Of a stretch of DNA of 64,000 bases, positions 17,489 to 28,300 are shown piece by piece; position 1 is the first letter of the stretch; every line of letters starts with the position of its first letter. The position numbers and the translations under genes were made by a program. The notes under the pieces are model-generated. The model was not told the DNA's origin. It saw only the letters and a program-made list of their open reading frames with translations, and made no database searches. The DNA is from Candidatus Woesearchaeota archaeon. GTDB lineage: Archaea; Nanobdellota; Nanobdellia; Woesearchaeales; WJIZ01. The stretch covers positions 3,264 through 67,263 of the forward strand of contig JAAOYF010000045.1 in assembly GCA_018221205.1 (NCBI GenBank), in the 5' to 3' direction.

Positions 17489-18873
17489 AGTTCTTGGAGC
17501 TTCTCTTCCCATTCCTTGCATATGCCCTTCACTTTCTTCTCTGCTATCCCTATATAGGTTGCCGGATCCTTGAGAATGGCCAATTGCTCTTTGGTGAGTT
17601 TATTAAGATATTGCTTTAATTCTTTGTCTTCTAGGATCAGTATATGTAAAGGTGTCTTTGTCTTTTGGGACTTCAGCGTCAATGTGCGGATATATTCATG
17701 CGCATCTGGATGGTTCTGGAAGGCCAGGAGCATGTATGCGGGCTCGGCTGCGACCATATCCTTATGGAGATTGAAGTTCTTCTCCAATGCTTCTTTGTCT
17801 ACAACCAAATTAGACATCACCCTATTGAGTCTTGATGTCGATAGGTATAATCCTGCAAGAATCTCTGGAACAAATCTTGATGATGCAGAATTTGTCAAAT
17901 CTCTCTGGTGTTCTGAGATCTGGTCCATGTATACTGTCGAGATTCTCGGCATGAACTCTTTCCACATTGACTTGACATTCTCGAAATTGATAGGATTGCG
18001 TTTATGGGGCATGGTGGAGGAGCCAACTTGGTCTTTGCCGAAGGATTCAGCCACCTCATTTATCTCAGTCCTTTGCAGATGTCTCATATCGTCTGCTACA
18101 TTAGCTAAAACACCAAAAGCTGAGATGATTGCATGGATGAAATCTGCCATATACTCAGCTTCCACTACTTGGGTAGAGATAGGGGAAGGTTTTATTCCTA
18201 GCTCCTGGAGCACTTCATACTCAAACACTTCTGGGTCTTTTATGAATAATGAAGAGGCATTATATGCACCTACTGCTCCTGCTATCTTTCCTCTCAGATT
18301 ATCTGCTGATCTCTTTATCTCTTGGATCCTTCTTCCTAATCTGGAGACATATTGGGCAATGGCAAATCCGAATGTTATTGGCTCGGCATGCTGGCCATGC
18401 GTCCTTCCTATCTGCAAGGTAGATCTTTCTCTCAGTGCCAAGGCGATAAGGGTCTTCTCGAGTTCTTTGAGTTTTGGGATAAGGACCTTATTTGTGCAGT
18501 CTTTCAGTCTGGCTGCATCTGCTGAGCAGATGATATCATGGCTAGTGGCTGAGAAATGGACAAAGGGCTTTGCCTCGTCACTCACTTTGTTCCTGATTGA
18601 ATTGGCCAAGGCGCGAATATTGTGTTTGATGCGGTCTTCTTCCTCGTAGACTTCTTCAGCAGTTATCTGCCTTGAAGCATGCTCAATCTCTTCTGCGATC
18701 TTCTTTGAGCAGATTCCTTTTTTTGCCAGGATATTCACCAAAGCTGCCTCTACTTTTGCTAAATAGGTCGTGAATCCTGCTTCAGAAAGATAAGGCTGCA
18801 GAGCTTCGAATGCCTTCTTGTTCCTGCCATAATAGCGGAAATCCAAAGGTGAGATATTGTCGAAGATGTCCAT
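17485..18873 (-). CDS. purB: Adenylosuccinate lyase.
   Basis: The fumarate-lyase signature GSSTMPHKRNP and a typical PurB N-terminus (LDFRYYG). Confidence 0.9.
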   Translation of the reverse strand: MDIFDNISPLDFRYYGRNKKAFEALQPYLSEAGFTTYLAKVEAALVNILAKKGICSKKIAEEIEHASRQITAEEVYEEEDRIKHNIRALANSIRNKVSDEAKPFVHFSATSHDIICSADAARLKDCTNKVLIPKLKELEKTLIALALRERSTLQIGRTHGQHAEPITFGFAIAQYVSRLGRRIQEIKRSADNLRGKIAGAVGAYNASSLFIKDPEVFEYEVLQELGIKPSPISTQVVEAEYMADFIHAIISAFGVLANVADDMRHLQRTEINEVAESFGKDQVGSSTMPHKRNPINFENVKSMWKEFMPRISTVYMDQISEHQRDLTNSASSRFVPEILAGLYLSTSRLNRVMSNLVVDKEALEKNFNLHKDMVAAEPAYMLLAFQNHPDAHEYIRTLTLKSQKTKTPLHILILEDKELKQYLNKLTKEQLAILKDPATYIGIAEKKVKGICKEWEEKLQEL

Positions 18874-18910
18874 ATATGTAAGAGAAATATAAGGGTTTTA
18901 AAGCTTTGTG

Positions 18911-19465
18911 CTATCTACGATTGATCTCTATGCGAACCTTTCCTGGTTTGAAATCTCTCACTGATTTCTCAATTTCTTGGAGTAGGACCATCTCACCAAT
19001 TACTCTGTTGGCTCGATGCTCTTCGTTTGTATCAGCAGGCTCATGATAAGTCCTTATGCCTATTGTATACAATGCTTCAGGAGGTACTGTCTCATGGAGA
19101 TGTACATTCCCATCTGGATAGAACGTTGGGATTTGTAGCCCTGCTTCTTTGATTGCATCTATTGTCGTCAAAACCATGGAAAGAGAAGATTCTCTCCCAT
19201 CTTCAGACGGCCCTCCAGAATAAGAGAAAAATGAAGATGCTATTGCAGGAGAAAATAGTAATTGCCCTGTCGACCAGCAGCTGCATTGACCTCCTTCAGG
19301 GGTCAATGGCTTAAGTCCGTTGTCGGCTATTGTTTCAAGATCTTTCCCGTGCTTAATGCCGTGGAAAAGGAACATTCCTTCATTTGATTGGTCCACTAGA
19401 TTACGGATATGCGGAGCTAGATCTCCTCCGAGGTATCCTGCTACTTTTTGTGCATAATCTTCCAT
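18911..19465 (-). CDS. Hypothetical protein, 184 aa.
   Basis: ORF with plausible codon usage. No recognised motif. Confidence 0.4.
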   Translation of the reverse strand: MEDYAQKVAGYLGGDLAPHIRNLVDQSNEGMFLFHGIKHGKDLETIADNGLKPLTPEGGQCSCWSTGQLLFSPAIASSFFSYSGGPSEDGRESSLSMVLTTIDAIKEAGLQIPTFYPDGNVHLHETVPPEALYTIGIRTYHEPADTNEEHRANRVIGEMVLLQEIEKSVRDFKPGKVRIEINRR

Positions 19466-19477
19466 TTAGTTTACCTT

Positions 19478-20509
19478 TTAACGATATTCTATAGTTGTTC
19501 CGAGATGGACGCGGGCGAGGATTGCTGCAGAAGTTCCTTTGAGGATACTTCTCCTCACATCAAGAATCTGGTTTTTTTCCCTCTCTTCTGGTTGTTCAGA
19601 ACCGTGATTTTCTGAAGATGCATTAATATAGTGTATCATCTTATTTGGAACTTGCATAGGTATTTCTATGGCTCCATTAGCTCTATAGTCTCCAATTGTC
19701 ATGTGGTCGTCTTCTGAAAGCACTTGATGGCTCGCCACTGCCAGTACTGCTGTAGGATTTCCGTTATCATCATGGTAGAAATTCCTAGAAGGAGCAGTCT
19801 CCGGAGTAAAAAGCTTATCTCCTGTGTGCCATTCTGTCGGTTCATCTTCAAGAGGGAAGATTCCATCTAATCGAATGGCAATATCATAATTATGTACTGT
19901 CCTAAAGAGGAGCCTTTTTTCGTTGGCTACCCTTGTTATCTCTCTTAAAAGCAAAGGATTATTGATTCCAAAATCATAACAGACACTAAGATATTTCTCA
20001 ATAGGGAGTTCTCCATTATCTTGTACTTTGGGACGATCATATTTAGTGAACCAAAGTCCTAATTCCCTTTTTGCTGATTCTTTGGAATCAGACGAATGCA
20101 CCATGTTCTCCATTGCGCGATGCTCTAAATCTGCTAGAGCAAAACTGTCAATGGCTTTGTCTCGCCTTATTGTTCCTCTGGGATTATCAATTGGTTGTGT
20201 TTTCTCTCCAGCGAGTCTCCTGACTTGCTTAATAGCACCACCTCCTGCTATTCTTGCTACTACTACATGACTTCTCCTCATATATGACATGAGCTGATCA
20301 TAGAATTCTTCAAAAATTTCCTTACCCTTTTTTCTGAATTTCTCGAGCACTTCTTCGTAATGTTCCTCTAGTGCTCCTTTTGTCGGGTGTGTAACGAATA
20401 AGTCACCTACTTCCAGTCCGCTGCGTTGGAGCCTATCTATAATTCCGAGGGCTTCGCCTTTTTCTACTGCATCAGGCTTGATAATAAGCAGAGTCTCTTC
20501 AATTGCCAT
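19478..20509 (-). CDS. ndk: Nucleoside diphosphate kinase domain fused to a C-terminal domain of about 175 aa of unknown function.
   Basis: The NDK motifs LLIIKPDAV, TIRRD and NMVHSSDS (NxxHGSD-like) occupy the first ~165 aa. The start is taken at the internal MAIEETLL. The remainder has no match I recognise. Confidence 0.7.
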   Translation of the reverse strand: MAIEETLLIIKPDAVEKGEALGIIDRLQRSGLEVGDLFVTHPTKGALEEHYEEVLEKFRKKGKEIFEEFYDQLMSYMRRSHVVVARIAGGGAIKQVRRLAGEKTQPIDNPRGTIRRDKAIDSFALADLEHRAMENMVHSSDSKESAKRELGLWFTKYDRPKVQDNGELPIEKYLSVCYDFGINNPLLLREITRVANEKRLLFRTVHNYDIAIRLDGIFPLEDEPTEWHTGDKLFTPETAPSRNFYHDDNGNPTAVLAVASHQVLSEDDHMTIGDYRANGAIEIPMQVPNKMIHYINASSENHGSEQPEEREKNQILDVRRSILKGTSAAILARVHLGTTIEYR

Positions 20510-20644
20510 ATAATGGGGAATAAAAATAGCATTTATAAAGCTTCCCTTTTTGTTACTATTATATAGTGATATATAAATTGTATAATTTATTTTATCGTCT
20601 TTCTTGCTTATTTTCAATATAGAAAATAATTAAGGCAAAAAAAA

Positions 20645-21415
20645 TTATCCTAATACTTCCAGTACTTTAGCATGAATTTTCTTGTTTGTAGCAACAACAT
20701 AGCTTGATTTTATAGGCAATTTCTTTCCTTGCTTATTCGTTACAGTACCGCCTGCTTCCTGGACAATCAGGCTTCCTGCTGCAAAGTCCCATGGATTCAG
20801 CTTAAATTCCCAATAGCCATCAAATCTGCCAGAGGCTACGTAGCAGAAATCCAATGCTGCGCTGCCTAAACGTCTGATGCCGATGATTCCTTTGTTGAAG
20901 AACTTTCTGATGTTATTCAGGGCATCTAATGCTGGCTTGCCCCGATCATAATAGAAACCAGTCACTAAGATCGATTGTTTCAAGGATGCGGCTTTTGTGA
21001 CAGAGATCCTTTTTCCATTCAGGAAAGCGCCTTTTCCTTTCTCTGCGACAAACATCTCCTTTCTTGTTGGATCAAGAATAACTCCCAGTATGATATCTCC
21101 TTTCTTCGCCAAAGCAATAGAGGTGCAGAATATAGGGATGCCATGCGCATAATTATTCGTGCCGTCCAGAGGATCGATGATCCACGTGTAAGGAGAGGGG
21201 GTCTTCTTATAGTCATGCTCTTCGCAAAGAAAGTTATGATCCGGGAAAGACTTTCGTATTATCCTCACAATCGCTTTCTCTGATTCTATATCTGCTACAG
21301 TGACTTGATCATGGTGAGAAGACTTTGTCTTTATATCTAATTCAGTACGAAAATATTTGAGATGGATCTTAGCAGCTGCTTTCGCTGCTTTTATAGCGAC
21401 CTCTTTAGGATTCAT
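20645..21415 (-). CDS. suhB: Inositol monophosphatase / fructose-1,6-bisphosphatase family (archaeal IMPase/FBPase).
   Basis: WIIDPLDGTNNYAHGIP and the downstream WDFAAG motif. Confidence 0.85.
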   Translation of the reverse strand: MNPKEVAIKAAKAAAKIHLKYFRTELDIKTKSSHHDQVTVADIESEKAIVRIIRKSFPDHNFLCEEHDYKKTPSPYTWIIDPLDGTNNYAHGIPIFCTSIALAKKGDIILGVILDPTRKEMFVAEKGKGAFLNGKRISVTKAASLKQSILVTGFYYDRGKPALDALNNIRKFFNKGIIGIRRLGSAALDFCYVASGRFDGYWEFKLNPWDFAAGSLIVQEAGGTVTNKQGKKLPIKSSYVVATNKKIHAKVLEVLG

Positions 21416-22355
21416 ATTCTTTCAGATTCTCTTTTATCCGTTGAGAAACATCTGCCACTTCTGCCTTGAAGATCTCTCCTGTTACCTCTTCGTAGATCTT
21501 CATGTATTTCTGTGATACTTCTGCAATAATATCCTCAGGAATCTCTGGAATGTCTCCGTCGCCCATGAAATTCTTCTCTTTGATGAGCCACTGCCTCAGA
21601 TATTCCTTATCGAGCATCCGTTGATCTTTTCCTGCTTCGAATAATTCTTCATAGGTATCTACATACCAGTACCGAGAAGAATCTGGTGTATGTATTTCGT
21701 CTGCGAGAATCAACACTCTATTCCCATCAAGACCAAACTCATATTTGGTATCGACTAAAATCATGCCGTTTTTCAGAGAGATCTCTTGGCCGCGTTTGAA
21801 GAGTTCTAATGCTGTTTCCTTGACTTTCTGCAATAATTCTTTTTCCATTATCCCTTTCTCAACAATCTCTTTTTCAGAAATAGGTAAGTCATGACCTTCC
21901 TCTTCCTTGGTAGAAGGAGTGAATAATGGAGTATCAAACTTCTGGTCTTTTTTCATGCCTTCTGGCAAAGTGATACCGGAAACTGCATTGCCCTTCTGAT
22001 AATCTCTCCAGGCAGAACCAGTCAGATAACCACGGATGATGACTTCGATAGGGAGGATCTTCACTTTCTTTCCTACAGTCACATTGGGATCAGGTATGCT
22101 AAGAATATGGTTCTTGCAAATGTCTTTTGTCTTTTCGAACCAGAAAGCTGAGATCTGATTCAATACCTGTCCTTTGAAGGGGATGGTTGTCAGCACTTTG
22201 TCAAATGCACTTATCCTATCTGTTGTTATGAGAAAAACCTTATCTTCGCCAATATAGGTGTCCCTTACTTTTCCTTCATACTTCTTCCCTAAGGCAAGAG
22301 CTGTTCCTTTCAGTGCCAAAGGGATCTGTTTTTTTATCTGGTCTTCAGATATCAT
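21405..22355 (-). CDS. purC: SAICAR synthetase.
   Basis: GKVRDTY...LITTDRISAFD. Long-form PurC. Confidence 0.85.
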   Translation of the reverse strand: MISEDQIKKQIPLALKGTALALGKKYEGKVRDTYIGEDKVFLITTDRISAFDKVLTTIPFKGQVLNQISAFWFEKTKDICKNHILSIPDPNVTVGKKVKILPIEVIIRGYLTGSAWRDYQKGNAVSGITLPEGMKKDQKFDTPLFTPSTKEEEGHDLPISEKEIVEKGIMEKELLQKVKETALELFKRGQEISLKNGMILVDTKYEFGLDGNRVLILADEIHTPDSSRYWYVDTYEELFEAGKDQRMLDKEYLRQWLIKEKNFMGDGDIPEIPEDIIAEVSQKYMKIYEEVTGEIFKAEVADVSQRIKENLKEYES

Positions 22356-22795
22356 TGTGTCACCTGCTGAATAATGTCTTTGCTATGCTTTTGTCCGTTG
22401 AAATAATCTTCTACCATCTTCTTGAGACTGTTATTGCGGAATTCTGAAGCCTGCATTGCATCTATCTCTGCCTTGGAAAACCATTTCACAGCCAATATCT
22501 CGCTTGATGATGATCTTTCTTTGCCGCTGACAACATCCATTGCATAATGCATCCGGAATTTATGCTTTCCATCTTTCTGGTACTCATAGATTCCGACAAG
22601 ATATCTGATGCTGCACCGATAACCGGTCTCTTCTTCGACTTCTCTTATTGTGCCTTCCTCAACTGTTTCATTCTGATCCAGTTTTCCGGTAGGAAGATTC
22701 CATTTGCCATAGCATTTCTTCTCTGCCTCTTGGACAAGGAGAATCTTTCCATCTTTCTCCACAAATCCTGCTACGATAATCTGGAAATCAGGCAT
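22352..22795 (-). CDS. NUDIX hydrolase.
   Basis: The Nudix box GKLDQNETVEEGTIREVEEETGY. Confidence 0.75.
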   Translation of the reverse strand: MPDFQIIVAGFVEKDGKILLVQEAEKKCYGKWNLPTGKLDQNETVEEGTIREVEEETGYRCSIRYLVGIYEYQKDGKHKFRMHYAMDVVSGKERSSSSEILAVKWFSKAEIDAMQASEFRNNSLKKMVEDYFNGQKHSKDIIQQVTQ

Positions 22796-23555
22796 TTTGC
22801 AGTTCCTTATCTGACTCGCGCACCTTTTCTGCATGCGTCTCTCTATATGCCTGGAGTTGATCATACTTCTTCATGATCTCTGCTGCTGCGATGGCTGCAT
22901 TCTCTCCCCTATTCAGGCCGACCCAGAGACCGTTCTTGGAATGCTTCAATACATTCAAGGCAGCTTCTGCAGAATCATCATCTTTATCCATAAGAGGGAC
23001 ATAGATGACCAATTCATTCGTATCGATCGCATCTTCATTCAGACTGGCAAACTTGATGTTCAGTGAGTTTGTTAGTTGATCTGACCATTCATACGGAAGG
23101 GAAAACTCATCTAAAAGTGAAGTGCATTTCTGCGCTGCCTTTGCATCCTTATCGCCGATAAGGTTGATCTTTTCTGCTCCTTTGAGGATGTGCAAGGCCA
23201 TAACAGCAGCAACGCCTGCCTTGTCCACTCCGACTCCCAAGACAGGGATGCCTGGAGGCATCTGCATGATCGAAAGAACCGCATCTAATCCTTCATAATT
23301 TGATTTTACAGGGACACCTATGACTGGACAGAGCACTTTAGAAGCGACGACTCCAGGTAGATGGGCTGCTAATCCAGCACCTGCGATAATGAGGTCATAC
23401 GGATTCTGAAGAATCTCATGGACTTCATCAGGGGTGCGATGTGCAGAGCTTATCCTTACATCATGATCGATCTTCTTTTCTTTCAATTCTTTAGAAATTT
23501 CCTTATAGATATGCTGGTCTGATTTTGAGCCGAAGATAATCAATACTTTAGGCAT
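22788..23555 (-). CDS. purE: N5-CAIR mutase PurE with a C-terminal extension of about 100 aa that repeats the PurE C-terminal motif.
   Basis: SAHRTP, AGAGLAAHLPGVVAS..PVIGVP. The extension ends in a GENAAIAAAEI-like motif. Confidence 0.8.
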   Translation of the reverse strand: MPKVLIIFGSKSDQHIYKEISKELKEKKIDHDVRISSAHRTPDEVHEILQNPYDLIIAGAGLAAHLPGVVASKVLCPVIGVPVKSNYEGLDAVLSIMQMPPGIPVLGVGVDKAGVAAVMALHILKGAEKINLIGDKDAKAAQKCTSLLDEFSLPYEWSDQLTNSLNIKFASLNEDAIDTNELVIYVPLMDKDDDSAEAALNVLKHSKNGLWVGLNRGENAAIAAAEIMKKYDQLQAYRETHAEKVRESDKELQNA

Positions 23556-23596
23556 TTTATCACCAAGAAAAAGCAAACAAAGTAGGTTTAAATAGT

Positions 23597-25321
23597 TTAT
23601 GACTTTCTCTGCAGGGCAGCTTTCACAAAGCCAAAGAACAAGGGAGCAGGGCTTCCTAAAGCTGATTTGAACTCTGGATGGGCCTGTGTTGCGATAAAGT
23701 AAGGATGATCTGGCAATTCAATAAATTCCATCAGTTTGGTATCGTCATCCCTGATATGGTGGCCGGAAAAGATGATGCCTCGCTGTTCCATCTTCTCAAC
23801 AAACTCTGGATTTACCTCATATCTGTGGCGATGCCTTTCAAGGACAGTATCTTCTTTAACTAACTTGCCCAACCTGAATTTGTTATTCTTATCGTGTTTC
23901 AAGCTCTCAAACTGCTCATTGTCTTTCTCGAGCCTTCCTGATTCTTTATAGAGCTTATACACCCGAGAGTTCTTCTTTAAGGTGGCTGCGTATGCACCTA
24001 GACGCATCGTGCCGCCGTAATCGCTTTTCTCTAAAATGGCCTTTTGCGTCGGTAAGATGTCAATGACCGGATGAGGGGTCTTCTTCTGATTTTCAGTTGT
24101 GTTGGCCCCTTCTAGTTTTGCGACATTCCTCGCATATTCGACAACTGCCAGCTGCATACCATAGCATAACCCCAAGTAAGGCACTTTATGCTCTCGTGCA
24201 TACTGGACAGCATTGATCTTTCCTTCCACTCCTGAAGAGCCGAAGCCTCCTGGGACCAAGATGCCGTCGAAATCTTTCAACGCTTCTTTGGTCGTCTGCT
24301 TATCGGTAAGTGTCTTCGCATCTATCCAGGAAATGTCAACACCTGCATCAATGGATGCACCTGCGTGCAGCAATGATTCGTTAACAGAGATATAGGAATC
24401 TTTGAGACTGAAATCACCGATGTCTGCATACTTGCAGATCATCGCAATCTTGACGCGATGTTTTGGTTCGGCAATCCTCTTCACTAGTTTTTTCCATTCC
24501 TTGAAATCAGGCTGTTTTTTGAGCTTGATCCTGAATTCAGAGAGTAATTTCAATCCCAGATTCTCTTTTTCCAGATCAAGAGGAATTCGGTAGATGGTGT
24601 CTATATCTGGTTCGGATATCACATATGATGAGGAGATATTTCCATACAACTCAATCTTTTTCTTCCTGATATCATCCAGCGGCTTTCTTGCCCTGCAAAT
24701 CACGAAATCCGGCAAGATACCATTCTCAGAGAGCATCCTGATAGCCTGTTGAGTCGGCTTGGATTTCATCTCCCCCATATGTCCTGGAATAGGGAAATAA
24801 CTGACCAAGAAATAGACCATGTTTTCCTTGCCAAGCTCCCTCTCTAATCTCTTCATCGCAAACAAGAACGGGACGTTCTCATGATCCCCGATCGTGCCGC
24901 CGATCTCGATGATGGCAAAATCAAAGCCTTTTGCAGATTCTTTTATCCTTCGTTCAATCTCTTGAGGGATATGAGGTATGAATTGTACGGTCTTGCCAAG
25001 GTATTCGCCTTTCCTCTCTTTATCGATGACTGTCTTATACACCTGGCCTGAAGTGATATTGTTCCTTTTTGGAATATGTATCTGTAGAAATCTTTCATAA
25101 TTCCCGAGATCCTGATCGATCTCTCCGCCGTCATCTGTTACCCAGACTTCGCCATGCTCTGTCGGGCGCATGGTGCCGGCATCATAATTAAGATAAGGAT
25201 CTATCTTGATAGCAGTAACCTTATACCCATATTCCTGAAGAATCTTGCCGATTGAAGCGGAAGTCACGCCTTTACCTACGCCGGAAATAACTCCCCCTGC
25301 AACAACGATATATTTTGTCAA
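23597..25321 (-). CDS. pyrG: CTP synthase.
   Basis: MTKYIVVAGGVISGVGKG plus a C-terminal glutamine amidotransferase domain (GLCYGMQ). Confidence 0.92.
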   Translation of the reverse strand: MTKYIVVAGGVISGVGKGVTSASIGKILQEYGYKVTAIKIDPYLNYDAGTMRPTEHGEVWVTDDGGEIDQDLGNYERFLQIHIPKRNNITSGQVYKTVIDKERKGEYLGKTVQFIPHIPQEIERRIKESAKGFDFAIIEIGGTIGDHENVPFLFAMKRLERELGKENMVYFLVSYFPIPGHMGEMKSKPTQQAIRMLSENGILPDFVICRARKPLDDIRKKKIELYGNISSSYVISEPDIDTIYRIPLDLEKENLGLKLLSEFRIKLKKQPDFKEWKKLVKRIAEPKHRVKIAMICKYADIGDFSLKDSYISVNESLLHAGASIDAGVDISWIDAKTLTDKQTTKEALKDFDGILVPGGFGSSGVEGKINAVQYAREHKVPYLGLCYGMQLAVVEYARNVAKLEGANTTENQKKTPHPVIDILPTQKAILEKSDYGGTMRLGAYAATLKKNSRVYKLYKESGRLEKDNEQFESLKHDKNNKFRLGKLVKEDTVLERHRHRYEVNPEFVEKMEQRGIIFSGHHIRDDDTKLMEFIELPDHPYFIATQAHPEFKSALGSPAPLFFGFVKAALQRKS

Positions 25322-28300
25322 CGATGTACCCCCTCTTCTCGATATGCTGACCAGGGCTTGACCAGCAGATCTTTCTCTTGATATTGCGAGATTGCTTGTA
25401 TAAAAAGCTTTGCAACCTGAGTATTGGTGATGAGAGGAGTATTATAATCTACTGCTGTTCTTCTGATGTAGTAATCATTTGTTACTTCTTCCCTCTCAAA
25501 ATTTTTCGGGATGTTGATGACCAGATCGATCTTGCGGTTCTTGAGATAGTCCATGACATTGGGCTTCTTGTCTTCCAAGGGCCAATAGAGGGGAGTAGTA
25601 GAAACTCCGTGCTCTTTGAGATAGGCATGTGTGCCGAATGTTGAATACAATGTATAGCCCATCTTCTTGAGCAAATGGCAGCTTTCGAGCAGGATGGCTT
25701 TTGTCTCTGGAGTTCCTGTAGAGAGGAAAATATTCTTCTTGGGAATGGTATAGCCGACTGAAAGGAATGATTTCAAGAATGCTTCATGGATATCATCACC
25801 GAAACAGGCCACCTCTCCAGTGGAAGCCATCTCCACTGACAGGATAGGATCTGAGCCTTTCAGCCGTGAGAAGGAGAATTCCGGCGCTTTTACACCGACA
25901 TAATCGAGCTCGAAAGCTGATTTCTCTATCTTCGGCAATTTCTCGTTCATGATGGCTCGAGTTGCGACATCGATGAAATTGACCTTGAATATCTTTGAGA
26001 CAAAAGGAAAGCTTCTTGATGCTCTTAAGTTGCACTCAATGACTTTGACTTGGTTTTCTTTTGCAAGGAACTGGATGTTGAAGGGGCCAGTTATGTTGAG
26101 CTTTTTTGCTATGGCTTTGGCGATATTCTTTATCCTCCTCGCAGTCTCTAAGTACAGGTATTGCGGCGGGAGAACTATTGTCGCGTCTCCGGAATGCACT
26201 CCTGCATTCTCAACATGCTCGGAGATGGCCCAGCAGACCAATTTCCCTTTAAAAGCCACTGCATCACATTCTACTTCCTTTGCGTTGTTGATGAACTTGC
26301 TGATGACAACTGGATATTCCTTTGAGACTTTTGAAGCAAGCTTAAGGAAAGCGTTCATGCTTTGATCATTGAAGGCGACTGACATGGCAGCTCCGCTGAG
26401 GACATAACTTGGCCTTATTAAAACAGGATATCCCACTCTCTTGACGAATCTCTTTGCCTCTTTTATGCTTGAGAGCTCTTTCCACTCTGGCTGGTCTATG
26501 CCGAGATCGTCCAATAATCTGGAGAATTTATGGCGGTTTTCAGCGTTGTCGATCGAATCGGGAGAGGTGCCTAAGATCGGAACCTTTCGCTCATGGAGTT
26601 TTGCTGCCAGATTATTGGGAATCTGGCCGCCCATCGAAACGATAAGGCCAAGAGGCTTTTCTTTCTCATAGATGTCTAAAACTGTTTCCAGGCTCACTTC
26701 ATCAAAGATCAGCTTGTCGCAGATGTCATAATCTGTTGAGACAGTCTCTGGATTGTAGTTGAGCATGATGGTCTTATAGCCTAATTTTCTTAATGTCAAG
26801 GCAGTGCTGACGCAGCACCAGTCAAACTCCACAGAACTGCCTATCCTGTAAGCGCCGCTGCCCAGGACCATGACCTGCTTTCCTTTATTGAACACTATAT
26901 CGTTTTCTTGTGCATTATAGGTGAGATAGAGGTAATTGGTCCGAGCAGGATATTCTGCTGCTAAAGTGTCTATCTGCTTGATGAAAGGCGTTATCTTTAA
27001 CTGAAGGCGTTTCTTTCTCACCTCATCTGGATTTGTTTTCAGTAAATGTGCAAGCTGATAGTCTGAGAAGCCGTTCTGCTTCGCTTCTTTGAGAATCTCT
27101 TTAGAAAGCTTTGATAATTTTCGTGCGCTCTTGATCTTTTTTCCCATCTTGACTATATTCCCTAACTTATGCAAGAACCATCTATCGATTTTCGACAATG
27201 CATAGATCCTATCGACAGAATAGCCCTGCTGGAATGCTTTAGCGATAGCAAAGACGCGTTCATCTGTCGGCTGCTGAAGTTCTTTCTCGAGATTCTTGAA
27301 CTTGATATCATTACAGACAAGTCCGTGCATGTCCTTTCCGAGCATCCTGATGGCTTTTTGGAGCGTCTCCTCAAAGCTTCTGCCAATAGCCATTATCTCC
27401 CCTACACTTTTCATCTCTGAGCCGATCTCTCTTTTCACTAACCTGAATTTTTCTAGGTCCCATCTCGGGATCTTTATGACAATGTAATCTAATGAGGGTT
27501 CGAAGCAGGCTTTAGTCGCTAAAGTGATGGAATTCTTGACTTCTGTCAGTGAATATCCTAATCCTAATTTTGCAGCGACAAAGGCTAATGGATAGCCTGT
27601 TGCTTTCGAAGCCAAAGCTGAACTTCTTGACAATCGTGCATTGACCTCTATGATCCTATAATCTTCTGATCTTGAATCTAGTGCATATTGGATATTGCAT
27701 TCTCCGATAATGCCGAGATGTCTGATGACCTTGATGGCGATATCTCTCAATTTATGGTATTCTTTATTCGTCAGAGTCTGTGAAGGCGCTACTACTATGC
27801 TCTCGCCAGTATGGATGCCCATGGGATCGAAGTTTTCCATGTTGCAGACCGTGATGCAGTTGTCATATTGGTCCCTCACTACTTCGTACTCAATCTCTTT
27901 CCAACCTGCGAGATATTCCTCTATCAGCACCTGCTTGACTTTTGAGAATGCCTGCTTTGCCTTTTCAGCCAACTCCTGCTCATCTATGCACATCCCTGAG
28001 CCAAGTCCTCCTAACGCGAACGCAACGCGAGTCATGACTGGATAGCCTATCTTTTTCGCTGCTTTGATCGCTTCCTTCACACTAGATGTAGCTATGCTTC
28101 TTGGTGTTTTGACCTTGATCTGATCCAATTTATCGACAAAGAGTTTTCTGTCTTCTGTCACCTCTATGGTCTTGACTGGAGTGCCAAGAACTTTCACCTT
28201 GTGTTTCCTGAGAATCCCTCTCTTGTATAGCTCAACACCGCAATTCAAGGCAGTCTGGCCGCCGAAACTCAACATGATCGAGTCTGGCTTTTCTTTCTTG

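Noticed and set aside
17570-18649. A 359-aa plus-strand ORF.
   Set aside because: It lies entirely antisense to purB, which has strong motif support. It is serine- and leucine-rich with no motifs, so it is a typical shadow ORF.
25949-28045. Several 60-140-aa plus-strand ORFs inside carB.
   Set aside because: They are antisense to a confidently identified 1066-aa CarB and show low-complexity composition.
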